Assembly: GCA_963702845.1 (NCBI GenBank)
Contig: OY969763.1
Coordinates: forward strand, 480,001-544,000
Source of the DNA: an uncultured Verrucomicrobiae bacterium
GTDB taxonomy: Bacteria; Verrucomicrobiota; Verrucomicrobiia; Limisphaerales; Palsa-1400
DNA length: 64,000 nt
Direction of reading: 5' to 3'
Below, piece by piece: positions 50,897-61,444 of this stretch. Within the stretch, counting starts at the first letter, position 1; each line of letters starts with the position of its first letter. A program made the translations under genes and the position numbers. Under the pieces are notes generated by a model. It had not been told where the DNA came from. It saw nothing but the letters and a program-made list of their open reading frames with translations, and made no database searches.

Positions 50897-52351
50897 TTAA
50901 ACCGTCCAGCCCTTGCGATAGTGCTTGTGAATCAGGATGTCGGCTTCGGGCATGTTTTTGCAGCGCATGTGTTTTGAGTCCCATTCGATTTTCCTGCCGA
51001 TCCGGATCGCCAGGTTGCCCAGCAAAACTGTTTCGCTGAACGGGCCGGACACATCGAAATTCGAACATGCGGGCGGGCCGCCTTTGCAGGCGCGCAACCA
51101 ATCCTGGTGCGGGCTATTGCCAGGCACGCGCGGGATGATCGGCTCTGGCTTTTTGAAACCCTTCATCATCGACTCTGGTAACAACCGCGGATTTTCGCCG
51201 TAAGTGCCGCACACCATCTTGCCCTTCTCGCCGATGAACAACGTCCCGTTCGCTTCCAATTCATGTTCCATCTCGGCCGGTTTCGCCGGTTTATGACCGC
51301 TGTCGTGCCAGGTCAAAATGCAGTCGGGGAACGTCACTTTATTTTTGCCGACCGTCGCCGTGCGTTCAGGGAAATGATAGCGGACGACCGACCATTCAGG
51401 AGCCATCTCCGGCACGAGCTCCGAATGATCGAGCAATTCGACCGTGTCCGGCGCGCCAAGTGCCAAAGACCAGTTCGCGCCGTCCATAATGTGACAGCCC
51501 ATGTCGCCGAGCGCGCCGCAACCGAAATCCCACCATCCACGCCAATTGAACGGGTGATACACACCCTGACGATTCTTCTTCGTCTTAACGTCACCCTCCG
51601 GCCAATGCGCCAGGAACGGCCGTTCCGGTGCAGGGCCGAGCCACAAGTCCCACTTCAAATTCGACGGCACCGGGTCCGAACCCGTCGGGCGCAACTTCCC
51701 TTGCGGCCACCAGCCCATCGCGCGGTCCGTCCAGCAATGCACCTCGCGCACCTTGCCGATCGTGTCGGCCCAAATAATTTCGCACAACTCACGATTTCCC
51801 ACGCCTGAGTGCCCCTGGTTGCCCATCTGCGTTGCGACCTTGTGCTTGCGCGCGGCAAGCGTCAATTGGCGCGCTTCCCAAATCGTGTGCGTCAACGGCT
51901 TTTGACAATACACATGTTTGCCGTTCTTGATCGCCAACATCGCGGCCGGCGCATGATGTAGGTCGGGCGTGCTCACGCTGACCGCGTCCATGTCCTTTTC
52001 CTTTTCCAGCATGATGCGATAATCGTTATACGTGCGCGCCTTCGGATACTTCTCCTTGGCCTGCGCGAGCTTCTCATCATCCACATCGCACAACGCCACG
52101 ATATTTTCCGTCGGCACACCATCGACAGCATTCGCCGAACCGGCAATGTCACTCGCGCCTTTGCCCGTCACGCCGATGCCGCCGATGTTCAACTTCTCAT
52201 TCGGCGATTTATACTTCGGCTTGGCCAAAATCGATGGCGTTGTCAACGCGCCCGCGGCGAGCAACGTCGTATAAATAAAGTGGCGACGGCCGATTTGATT
52301 CGTAAAAACTTCCGTGCGGATTGAGTCGAACTCAGAGTTAGGCTTGGACAT
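50897..52351 (-). CDS. Tat-exported Gfo/Idh/MocA family oxidoreductase
   Basis: GRRHF, STPDLHH, YCQKPL, TQMGNQG and WRGWWDFGCGALGDMGCH. Confidence 0.92.
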   Translation of the reverse strand: MSKPNSEFDSIRTEVFTNQIGRRHFIYTTLLAAGALTTPSILAKPKYKSPNEKLNIGGIGVTGKGASDIAGSANAVDGVPTENIVALCDVDDEKLAQAKEKYPKARTYNDYRIMLEKEKDMDAVSVSTPDLHHAPAAMLAIKNGKHVYCQKPLTHTIWEARQLTLAARKHKVATQMGNQGHSGVGNRELCEIIWADTIGKVREVHCWTDRAMGWWPQGKLRPTGSDPVPSNLKWDLWLGPAPERPFLAHWPEGDVKTKKNRQGVYHPFNWRGWWDFGCGALGDMGCHIMDGANWSLALGAPDTVELLDHSELVPEMAPEWSVVRYHFPERTATVGKNKVTFPDCILTWHDSGHKPAKPAEMEHELEANGTLFIGEKGKMVCGTYGENPRLLPESMMKGFKKPEPIIPRVPGNSPHQDWLRACKGGPPACSNFDVSGPFSETVLLGNLAIRIGRKIEWDSKHMRCKNMPEADILIHKHYRKGWTV

Positions 52352-52471
52352 AGTTCGTCCTTCGTATTCCTTTCGGCCATTTGACACAAGGAGAAATGGC
52401 TCGGGGAACTGTCGTATTTCGAATGGTGGCCAACTTGCCTCCATGCCTCTGCTGCGGCATGCTGTGGCTGA

Positions 52472-53515
52472 GTGACGCAGCATCAACTCTTTCTCAACTT
52501 ACTTTCCGCGCCCGCGCCCGTGTTGTCGTTGGCGCCGATGCAGGATGTCACTGACCTGCCATTTTGGACTCTAATGGCGCGCTACGGCGGTCCTGATGTT
52601 TATTGGACGGAATACTTTCGCGTTCATGGCGATTCGCGCCCTGAAGAGTGGATTTTGCGTTCGATTATTGAAAACCCTACGGGGCGTCCGGCAATTGCGC
52701 AACTGATTGGGAACGACGTTCCCGCAATGGTGCGCAACGCAAAGGAGCTGCAACAATATGAAATCGCCGCGATCGATCTGAACCTCGGCTGCCCGGCTCC
52801 GGTCGTATACAGAAAATGTGCTGGAGGCGGGCTGTTGCGCGAACCGAATAGGATCGATTCACTGCTCGGCGCGTTGCGCGATAGTGTGCATGTCGCGTTC
52901 ACGGTCAAGACGCGGATTGGATTTGAGTCACCAGAAGAATTCGACACGCTGCTTCCGCTTTTTGCGAAACACGGCATCGATCTTCTTACCGTGCACGGGC
53001 GCACCGTGGTGCAGATGTACCGCCCCGGCGTTCGATACGATTTGATTGCGCGCGCCGCGCGGGAGTTGAAGTGTCCAGTTTTTGCCAACGGCAATGTGCA
53101 TAGCGCGGCTCATGCTCGAAGCGTTTTGGAACAAACCGGCGTGCGCGGCTTGATGATCGGTCGCGGTGCGATTCGTAATCCGTGGCTATTCGATCAAATT
53201 CGCGCTGAACTTTCCGGCCAACTGGTGAAGCTTCCGACTGGTCGCCAAGTCTTAAATTATATCTGCGAACTTTGGGACGCTGAAGTGACGCCCGATGTGC
53301 GCGAATCTGCGCAAGTGCAGCGCCTGAAGAAATTTATGAACTTCATCGGCGAAGGTCTTCCCGGCGCTGATCAATTTCTGTTCCAGATACGACGCGTTGA
53401 GACGAAAGCCGCGTTTTTTAGTGTGTGTAAAGAATTCCTCGATCACGACGATCCGATGTCACTTGACCCTGATAATGTTAAATCGCGCTCGACACCACAA
53501 CCTGTGACTTTGTAA
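52472..53515 (+). CDS. tRNA-dihydrouridine synthase family protein
   Basis: LAPMQ, DLNLGCP, VKTRIG, TVHGRT, ANGNV and MIGRGA. Confidence 0.9.
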   Translation: MTQHQLFLNLLSAPAPVLSLAPMQDVTDLPFWTLMARYGGPDVYWTEYFRVHGDSRPEEWILRSIIENPTGRPAIAQLIGNDVPAMVRNAKELQQYEIAAIDLNLGCPAPVVYRKCAGGGLLREPNRIDSLLGALRDSVHVAFTVKTRIGFESPEEFDTLLPLFAKHGIDLLTVHGRTVVQMYRPGVRYDLIARAARELKCPVFANGNVHSAAHARSVLEQTGVRGLMIGRGAIRNPWLFDQIRAELSGQLVKLPTGRQVLNYICELWDAEVTPDVRESAQVQRLKKFMNFIGEGLPGADQFLFQIRRVETKAAFFSVCKEFLDHDDPMSLDPDNVKSRSTPQPVTL

Positions 53516-53537
53516 AAAGGTTCAAGCCGCACCACCT

Positions 53538-54662
53538 ATGCATACTAACGAATATCTATTTCCACATCGTCTCACGCGCCGTGATTTCCTTGCCACTACT
53601 GCCACAGCGCTGGCCGGCCTTGCCGTCGCACCTGGCGCGCTCGCCCAAAAGAAACCGGCCGTCACGATTGGCAGCGGTGCCCATACCTACGAGGCCGTTC
53701 AGGACTGGGGCACGTTGCCGCCTGGAATGAAATACGGCATGGGCTGCGGCGTTATCGTTGATAGCAAAGATCGCGTTTTCGTTACGTCACGTTCCACGCA
53801 CCCGTGTGTCGCGATTTTTGATCATAACGGCAAACTGCTCGAAACGTGGAGTGACAGCTTCGCTGACCAGGTTGGCTTCACAACCGAGCAAGTGAAAGAA
53901 ACGGCGCATTGCCTTTACTGGAGCAAAGAGGGGAACACCGAATACATTTACTGGACTGAAAACGTTGGTAAACCTAAGGACGACGGAAGAATTGGCGCAC
54001 GTGTTTATAAGACCGATCTTCGCGGCAAAATTCTTTACGAAATCGGCAATGTCAAAGTGGAGGGGACCACTTCGCAGAAGTTCGAATGGACCAATCCCAC
54101 TGACGTCGCCGTCGCGCCGAATGGCGATATTTATGTCGTTGATGGCTACGGCAGCCAACGCGTCAGCCGGTTCGACAAAAATTTCAAGCACCTCAAAACC
54201 ATTGGCACTCACACTAAAAAAGAAGAAGTCGGCAAGAATGCTCCCGCCGGCACGTTCAATACCTGCCACGGCGTCTGGATTATGTTGCACAAAACCAAAG
54301 AGCCGGAAGTGTGGATTGCTGACCGCCACAACGATCGCATTGAAATCTACGATTTGAATCTCACATTCAAACGCCGCATCACCGAACATGTCCGCACTCC
54401 GTGCTGCTTCTATCAGCACAACGACCTGATCTTCGTGCCGGAATTGGCTGGCCGCGTCAGCATTTTCGACCTCGAAGGCAAACTCGTCGCTCATTTAGGT
54501 GACGGATTGAAAAGCGACGGCAAAACCGCAAAGCCGGACAACCTTACGAACCCGGCGCTGTTCACTCATCCACACGCGATTTGCGTCGATTCAAAAGGCG
54601 ACTTTTACACTGTCGAATGGGTCGGCTTCGGTCGTCCGCGTAAGTTCAAGCGCATAGTGTAA
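53538..54662 (+). CDS. Tat-exported NHL-repeat beta-propeller (PAL/peptidylglycine lyase-like)
   Basis: TRRDFL, PTDVAV, VVDGYG, FNTCHG, IADRHN and HPHAI. Confidence 0.82.
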   Translation: MHTNEYLFPHRLTRRDFLATTATALAGLAVAPGALAQKKPAVTIGSGAHTYEAVQDWGTLPPGMKYGMGCGVIVDSKDRVFVTSRSTHPCVAIFDHNGKLLETWSDSFADQVGFTTEQVKETAHCLYWSKEGNTEYIYWTENVGKPKDDGRIGARVYKTDLRGKILYEIGNVKVEGTTSQKFEWTNPTDVAVAPNGDIYVVDGYGSQRVSRFDKNFKHLKTIGTHTKKEEVGKNAPAGTFNTCHGVWIMLHKTKEPEVWIADRHNDRIEIYDLNLTFKRRITEHVRTPCCFYQHNDLIFVPELAGRVSIFDLEGKLVAHLGDGLKSDGKTAKPDNLTNPALFTHPHAICVDSKGDFYTVEWVGFGRPRKFKRIV

Positions 54663-54688
54663 CGCACGAGCACAAAACTGCGTTCGAT

Positions 54689-55582
54689 CTATAACGCCAG
54701 CGCCAATTTGCTCTCGAGGATGTGTTTCATTTTGAGCGCAGCTTTCGGCGCGTATGCACCGCGGTTGTTGTTGAAAACCAAGTGCATCTCATCGAGAGAT
54801 TCGGAGAGCCGAATCGCGCGTTCGCCAATTTCTTCCAGTTCCTCGTCGGAATAATCGTAATCGAAACGTTCTGCCACTGTCTTGCCGGTGAGATATCCGC
54901 GCGCATTTCGTCCATGGGCACGCAAGTAGCCGACGCGTGGATGGGTCGTGATATCAATGTTCGGCATGAGCTTGAAATGTTCGACGGCAGGCGTGTCGAC
55001 GGCCACAAAAATGAGATGGCGCTGCTGGAAGAAATCGGTTGTCGCTTCGAGTTGCATGCCCTCGACCCAATCGCGATTGCGCAATTCAACCGCCAGTTTG
55101 TAATCTTGCAGCAGCGAGAGAAGATGTTCGAGTTCGTGAAGTTGATGTCGTCTTGGCCCGAACGACGGCGGCAACTGTAACAACAAAACCCCAAGTTTGC
55201 CTGAGCGTTCGAACGGCTCCAACGCTTCCAACGAACGGGTCACGACGGAATTCTCCATCGTAGGCGTGACTAGAACGCGGCCCTGAGAATCCAGTTCCGC
55301 ATCGTAACGCAAATCAGGCGGGAGAAAATCAGGACCGGTGCTATGCCGAGAAAGCAATCGATGCAGTTTTACGTTGAATGTGAAGTTGTCCGGCGTTTGG
55401 TCACACCAATGTTGGGTCGTGCGCCGATCCGGGATCGAATAGAAGGTTGAGTTGACCTCAACCATTTCAAAATGTTGAGCGTACCAGGGCAGTCGTTGAG
55501 ACGCAGGCAGGGTGGGCGGATACCACTCCGCGATATAACCCAAGTCCGACCAACTGGCCGTGCCCACCAGGATCTTCGACAT
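54689..55582 (-). CDS. DUF72 domain-containing protein
   Basis: VGTASW, VEVNSTFY, LLQLPPSF, ELRN, YLRAHGRN, YDYS and FNN. Confidence 0.92.
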   Translation of the reverse strand: MSKILVGTASWSDLGYIAEWYPPTLPASQRLPWYAQHFEMVEVNSTFYSIPDRRTTQHWCDQTPDNFTFNVKLHRLLSRHSTGPDFLPPDLRYDAELDSQGRVLVTPTMENSVVTRSLEALEPFERSGKLGVLLLQLPPSFGPRRHQLHELEHLLSLLQDYKLAVELRNRDWVEGMQLEATTDFFQQRHLIFVAVDTPAVEHFKLMPNIDITTHPRVGYLRAHGRNARGYLTGKTVAERFDYDYSDEELEEIGERAIRLSESLDEMHLVFNNNRGAYAPKAALKMKHILESKLALAL

Positions 55583-55848
55583 AGTTCCTCCTAACGTGGA
55601 AACTCTCACGCTGCTTTACTTGTTACGCAACTGATTTCCCGCGTTAACCATCCGCTTCCTTCGGAACTACCCTCGCTCTCAATCCGTATTTCAAAAGTGG
55701 TGAGGCGATTGAAAGGGGCTTCAGCGAAGAGCAGATAGTCCCGTCATATATTCCGGCTCGGTCGACTGATGTCTTTGTGACTTTTTTACTCAGCCTTTCC
55801 GAACTGCGTCCTTTCGCCAGCAGGTGAATTGCTGTTTACTGTTCGGTG

Positions 55849-56953
55849 ATGCAGTTAGGTCCGCTTCAGCTTAAATCGAATCTTTTTCTGTCGCCTTTGG
55901 CCGGTTATACCAACCTGCCATTCCGGCTGACTTTGCGGGAAGTTGGCGGCCTGGACCTTTGTCACGACGGACCTCGTTAACGCGCGATCTTTGTTGGAAA
56001 AGAATCCGAAAGCTTTGAAGCTGATCGAAACGTCTCCAGCCGACCGTCCGCTTGCAGTGCAATTGTTCGGGTCCGTTCCAGAAGAAATGCGTGACGCCGC
56101 CGCTTACCTCGAGTCCATCGGCATCTCCTCTGTCGACATCAACATGGGTTGTCCCGTTCGCAAAGTCTGCAAAGTCGGCGGCGGTTCGGCGATGATGACC
56201 GAGATGGATAAGACGGCGGCGCTGGTCAGGGGAATGGTTGATGTCGTTAAAATCCCAGTTACAGCAAAGATGCGACTTGGTTGGGACGACCAAAACCTGA
56301 CTGCGCCCGATCTGGCGCGCGTCCTGGAGGATGCTGGTGTCTCCGCCATTTTTGTTCATGGCCGAACGCGTGAACAAGGGTTCGGTGGCCGCGTCAATCT
56401 CGCGGGAATCCGCGCAGTTGTTAAGGCCGTGAAACGCATTCCAGTGATCGGCAATGGCGACGTGACGACTCCGCAGGCGGCGAAGATGATGTTCGATGAA
56501 ACCGGCTGTGCTGCGGTGAGCATCGGCCGTGGCGCTTTCTACAATCCTTGGATTTTTCTTCACGCAGCTCACTACGTCAGCACCGGTGAGTTGTTACCAG
56601 AACCGAGCTTTAACGAACGCGTGCGCGTCATGTGCCGGCATTTGGATTTGATGATCGAAGTGTTCGGTGAAACGCATGGTTGCCGGATGTTTCGCAAAGT
56701 GGGGCCGTGGTATTCGAAGCGATTTGGGCCCGCGAACGATTTCAACAAACGCATCGTTCAGCTTTCGACGAAAGCCGAATTTTACGAACTGCTGGAAAAC
56801 TACCGACGTTGGCGCGCGCAGTTTGTTGACGAGAACGGCGACCTCCAAGCGCGCTACCAGCCGCCACCCATGGTTGCGTCTTTCATGCAGGAAGCCGGCG
56901 TGGCTCACAGGCAGGTCATTCCCGTGCCGAAAGGTCCAGTCGAAGTTTGGTGA
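55849..56953 (+). CDS. dusB: tRNA-dihydrouridine synthase B; +1 frameshift at ~55958-55963 (probable sequencing error)
   Basis: ATG 55849 gives MQLG...LSPLAGYTNLPFR...GGLDL. Removing one T joins it to VTTDLVNAR...DINMGCP, KMRLGW, VHGRT and GNGDV. Confidence 0.85.
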
Positions 56954-57072
56954 TGTGGCCCTACGCGCGATTGAAGAGCGCGCGTGTACGTAGCAATTCC
57001 GTGAGTTGGAATTGCGGTGAAAACTGCTGGCGCCGAGGGCGCGCTTCCGAAGATTTCCCTGCTGCCGAAAAC

Positions 57073-57342
57073 TTAGGCTGCTTTGACTTTATTCAAACGA
57101 ATCGTCAGGCGCGATTTCTTGCGGCTGGCGTTCGAGGCATGGACGACACCGCGCTTAGCCGCTTTGTCCAACGCAGCAGTCAAAATGCGAAGGGCCTTGG
57201 TGGCGTCGTCCTTTTTCCCGGCGGTCACGAAAGCCGCGTAGTTCGTTTCCAAAGTGTGCAAGCGCGCTTTTTCGCTGTGATTGCGCGTTTGTTTACGCGC
57301 GCTGTTGCGCATGCGCCGCTCGGCTGATTTCGTATTAGGCAT
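57073..57342 (-). CDS. rpsT: 30S ribosomal protein S20
   Basis: MPNTKSAERRMR...LDKAAKRGVVHASNASRKKSRL. Confidence 0.97.
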   Translation of the reverse strand: MPNTKSAERRMRNSARKQTRNHSEKARLHTLETNYAAFVTAGKKDDATKALRILTAALDKAAKRGVVHASNASRKKSRLTIRLNKVKAA

Positions 57343-57402
57343 AACTTAAATTTAAGGAACGGTTACGGTAACCAAAGGGTTTGATTTGTCAACGCCGGGC
57401 TA

Positions 57403-60228
57403 GTGGGTAGAATGACCCTCGCCCCTAAAGCCGTGATGCCAAGACAAACCATCGAGAAACAGCAGGATAAGGCACAACGGCATCCGGCGGTTCCGCTGTT
57501 TATCGCAGTTTTGGCTTCAATTCTGTTTGGCCCTTGGATGATTTGGGCCGATTCGGCCAGCACCAATCAGATCGGCCAAGGCGTTGTTTACATGCGTTTT
57601 ACGTATAAAAACCTCTACACGTCGACCCAACAGGTTTATGTCGTTGACGTTAATCTGAACGATTCTTCTCCGTCGGTCCGCACTCCTTTTCGCACCGGCG
57701 GCGCAACGCGCACTGTCAGTCAACATGCCGCAACCGTTCCCGGAGCGGTCGCATGTGTTAATGGCGATTTTTTCTCCGGCACAGGTGGGACGCAATTTCT
57801 CAAAGTTAACGGCGTGATCGTCAACGGAACACAATCGGGCGCGCAAGATCAGCAGGCACTTATTAATGACGGACTCGGCCCAAATAGTGCCAGTATCGTG
57901 AGCCGTCCGCCCATTACGGGCACATGGTCGAACCTGAACGTTTCCAATATCATTGCTTGCGGGCCGGGCTTGATTCAGGACGGAGTTCCGGTAACGCAGT
58001 GCGATGACGGAGGCAGTTTTTGTGGTCGTAATCCCCGCACCGCTGGCGCGTGGACATTTAATAATCACCTACTTCTGTTTGTCATTGATGGACGTTCTTC
58101 AGTTGCAGCCGGAATGAGCCTAGTTGAGTTGCGGGATTATATTGCTGCATTCGCGCCCGTCCGCCAGGCGGTTAACTTCGATGGCGGCGGATCGAGCACG
58201 ATGTGGATTTCCAGTGGTGTGCAAAACGTTCCGTCCGATGGAATTCAGCGAGGGGTGGCGAACGCCATCGCGATCGCTGCGGCAGCGCCAGCGGTTCCGG
58301 CAACGCCAATTAACTTGGTCGCCGTTCTTAGGGGCGAAAACATTTTATTGGAATGGCCGGTTTCCTCGGGTGCGATGAGTTACACGATAAAACGCTCAAC
58401 TACTAACGGCGGTCCTTACGGCGTTATCGGTTCGTCAATTGATGCTCGGTTTACCGACACAAATATAGTTATCGGCAAAACTTACTACTACGTTGTTCGA
58501 GCCGTGAACCAACTCGGTCAAAGCGTTGATTCGACTTCCGTTAAAGTCGATACGTCGCAAGTCGCAGCGGCGCCAAATTATCCATACGCGGATACAGTGA
58601 TTGGGTTGGGAGCTGTTGGCTATTGGCCTCTACAGGAAACGAATGTTCCGGCAAGTTTTGCGATGGAGACGAACCTTGGGACGTTGGGATTTGCGGGCGA
58701 TGCCATTTACGCCGCGACAAATTCCAGCGCCGTCACGTTCGGCATGGACAGCGCGCTCGCATCTGACAACGCCAACCGATCGGTGCTTTTTAATTCCGCA
58801 AGGATAGACAGCTACGCCTTTGTTCCGCGCACGACTCCGGCATTGACGATCAAGCCGCCGTTCTCGCTGGAATGTTGGGTTAACCCCTCGGCAACGGCTT
58901 CCACGCAAGACCTCATTTCGTTGGGCGGCTCGGGCAAAAACAGCCCGGCGGGTTCTGGCAATTATGCCGGGTTCAGATTGTCGTTTGGCGGCGGCGCATC
59001 GGACGGCCACACGTTGCAATTCTTCGCTTATACCGGTAACGGCGTTGTGTACAATGTTGGGAGTACTAACATCCAAACCCCGGCTGAATCCGTTTCCGTT
59101 GGACAATGGCATCACTGTGTCGCGACCTACGACGGCACCACCGTCCTTTTGTATGTTGACGGCCAATTGCAGATGACCGGAAAAACTTCGATGGCGATCG
59201 ACACGTGGTCGCCTCTGACAATCGGCACGGGTCGCTGGCAAGGAAAACCGACCCGCGGTTATTGCGGCATGTTGGACGAAGTCGCCATTTATACAAACGT
59301 GCTCGGGTCGTCGGCCATCATTGCTCATTACAACATCGCAACTAATGCCGGCGCATCTTATCGGGACACCATCTTAAGTCAGCATCCGCTGCTCTATTAC
59401 CGAATGGATTGCGCGGGCTATGTCGCTCCTGACCTTGTCCTGAATCCGATTGCGCGCAACCTCGGCTCGTCCCAAATCAATGGATTTTATCAGCAAGGCT
59501 CTGAGGCCAGTGCGACGTCGGGGCCAGCATTGGTCGGATTTGGAACAAGCAGTTTATCCGTGGCTCTCAATGGCGTCTTCAGCTGTGTTAATGCAGGTTT
59601 TCATCCCGATTCCAATCCGACCGGCACTCAATCCTTCTCAATCGCCGCATGGTTCCAAACCTATCCCTCCGACGGCTCGGTGCAGACCATAATGAGCCAT
59701 GGCACAAATTCGTGGAGTTTGAACCTCGATGGCACGACCGGCAAATTGGTGTGGAACTCCGGTGCTGGAAACGTCACATCGTCTTCCGTTTTGAACGACG
59801 GCGTTTGGCATCAGGTTGTCGCTGTCCATAATGCCTCGGTGAACATTCTTTATATAGATGGAACGCTTCGAAATTCAGCAGCGGCATCGGGCGCGGTTGT
59901 GGGCAATGTGGTTGACGACGTTTTTATTGGCGGGGATCCAGAATTCCTCAACGTCACCGGTGGGGAGCGATTTTTCGCGGGCGCTGTCGCACAAGCTGCT
60001 TTTTTCACAAATGCGCTAACCACTGCGCAGGTGCAACAGCTCTACGTTGCTGCCACGGTTCCAATGATCAGCAGCCAATTCTCCGGCGGCCAGTTCATTA
60101 TCAATTATTCCGGCACGCTTCTTTCCTCGACAAATCTGACCGGCCCATACACCTCGGTCTCTGCCGCCACATCACCCTACGCGACAACTCCAACGGGCGC
60201 GCAGATGTTCTACCGAACAAGCAACTGA
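57403..60228 (+). CDS. Secreted multidomain protein: phosphodiester glycosidase (NAGPA) + FN3 + two LamG domains + verrucomicrobial C-terminal module
   Basis: NAGPA motifs VNGDFF, NPRTA, VIDGR and NFDGGGSS. FN3 W..SSGA.SY...TYYYVV. LamG WHHCVATYDG and WHQVVAV. Start uncertain (57403/57412/57436). Confidence 0.85.
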   Translation: MGRMTLAPKAVMPRQTIEKQQDKAQRHPAVPLFIAVLASILFGPWMIWADSASTNQIGQGVVYMRFTYKNLYTSTQQVYVVDVNLNDSSPSVRTPFRTGGATRTVSQHAATVPGAVACVNGDFFSGTGGTQFLKVNGVIVNGTQSGAQDQQALINDGLGPNSASIVSRPPITGTWSNLNVSNIIACGPGLIQDGVPVTQCDDGGSFCGRNPRTAGAWTFNNHLLLFVIDGRSSVAAGMSLVELRDYIAAFAPVRQAVNFDGGGSSTMWISSGVQNVPSDGIQRGVANAIAIAAAAPAVPATPINLVAVLRGENILLEWPVSSGAMSYTIKRSTTNGGPYGVIGSSIDARFTDTNIVIGKTYYYVVRAVNQLGQSVDSTSVKVDTSQVAAAPNYPYADTVIGLGAVGYWPLQETNVPASFAMETNLGTLGFAGDAIYAATNSSAVTFGMDSALASDNANRSVLFNSARIDSYAFVPRTTPALTIKPPFSLECWVNPSATASTQDLISLGGSGKNSPAGSGNYAGFRLSFGGGASDGHTLQFFAYTGNGVVYNVGSTNIQTPAESVSVGQWHHCVATYDGTTVLLYVDGQLQMTGKTSMAIDTWSPLTIGTGRWQGKPTRGYCGMLDEVAIYTNVLGSSAIIAHYNIATNAGASYRDTILSQHPLLYYRMDCAGYVAPDLVLNPIARNLGSSQINGFYQQGSEASATSGPALVGFGTSSLSVALNGVFSCVNAGFHPDSNPTGTQSFSIAAWFQTYPSDGSVQTIMSHGTNSWSLNLDGTTGKLVWNSGAGNVTSSSVLNDGVWHQVVAVHNASVNILYIDGTLRNSAAASGAVVGNVVDDVFIGGDPEFLNVTGGERFFAGAVAQAAFFTNALTTAQVQQLYVAATVPMISSQFSGGQFIINYSGTLLSSTNLTGPYTSVSAATSPYATTPTGAQMFYRTSN

Positions 60229-60231
60229 AAA

Positions 60232-61380
60232 TCAGAGTAGTTTGCGAGGGGCCCCGAGAAGTTTGCGGGTATCCCCACCAACAGCGGTCTCCCAGTGGCC
60301 AAACCTGTCCGCGGGCAGTGGGGTGCCTTCAGCATAAACCAGGTAAACGGTATGGTGCGACGTTGACCAGGCGCGTTCTACGTCTGAGCGCTTATATATG
60401 TGGCGAACGTGTTGACCTTTTTGCAGGTTTGTCGCGGGGTCGTTGATCACGACGTCGCCGTTTTCGGTGAATCCGATGCAAACGACCAGGTGACCGTTGC
60501 CAGTGGCGTTGCGATCGGGCGCGAGCAGGTTGTATGGCGCTGAGATGATGACCGGTAGCCCCGCAACGATCCAATCCTCCAATTCGGAGATGCCGCTGAA
60601 TCGGCTGACATAGGCGCGCATGCCGGGGAATTTTCCAGCCAATGCAGTGTTGAACGGCCAATTGCCGGTACCGCCAAAATTCGGATCGTAAATAGATGCG
60701 GCGACTTCAGGCACGTCGAGCGCCAACTCGGGCTGATCCAGGCGTTGGCTCCAGTGACCCAGCACCATGCTCAACGACGTCGGACTGCACCAACCTTTTT
60801 CTTGTGGATACGAGTTCTGCGATTTTTCCGGGACCGTTAAGATTTTGCCCCAAGCGGCGCGATTCGGCGGCAACGTGGCGACTTTTACGGTGGTGTCCAG
60901 AAACGAGAGCCCAATCGACTTCAACTGAGGGGCCGCCTGGTTTGCCGCACCGTGGAGCGTGATGCGCACTTGCACTGCACCGGCCTTTTGGTTGAGTACC
61001 AACGTGTCAGATTTCACCTTCGCGTCGGCGTCGTTCTGTCCGGTGAGACTGGTGCGCTCGTGCTTCGCAGTGTCTTCGGACCAGATGCCCATGGTGTAGA
61101 ATTTTGTTTTGTGACCTGGTTGCAGCGCTTGCACCTCCAGTTGAATCCAGGTGCCTGACGGCGTGACCGAGTTCCACGAGAGCACAAATTCGTTCCACGA
61201 AATCGGTGATTTGATGATGGGCGACGTCAGCGTCGTTGCCTCGCCGGTTGTCGTCTGCGTAAAGTTGTTAAAATTTGTGAGGCCGAGAAACCGCGCCTGC
61301 TCTTCCGGACTTCCGCAAAAAGCGGACGTGATGAACGAGAGCAGACACGACAAGATGAGAACCGCCGGACGCAAATTCAT
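60232..61380 (-). CDS. Exported peptidase C39-like family protein
   Basis: SQ...WCSPTSLSMVL, GNWPFN, GHLVVCIGF and VINDP. Confidence 0.85.
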   Translation of the reverse strand: MNLRPAVLILSCLLSFITSAFCGSPEEQARFLGLTNFNNFTQTTTGEATTLTSPIIKSPISWNEFVLSWNSVTPSGTWIQLEVQALQPGHKTKFYTMGIWSEDTAKHERTSLTGQNDADAKVKSDTLVLNQKAGAVQVRITLHGAANQAAPQLKSIGLSFLDTTVKVATLPPNRAAWGKILTVPEKSQNSYPQEKGWCSPTSLSMVLGHWSQRLDQPELALDVPEVAASIYDPNFGGTGNWPFNTALAGKFPGMRAYVSRFSGISELEDWIVAGLPVIISAPYNLLAPDRNATGNGHLVVCIGFTENGDVVINDPATNLQKGQHVRHIYKRSDVERAWSTSHHTVYLVYAEGTPLPADRFGHWETAVGGDTRKLLGAPRKLL

Positions 61381-61444
61381 GGCGTATTGTAAACGGGAAT
61401 TGCAGCAGAAGTGCGATACTTTTTTGTGGTGCCGAATGGCGTGG

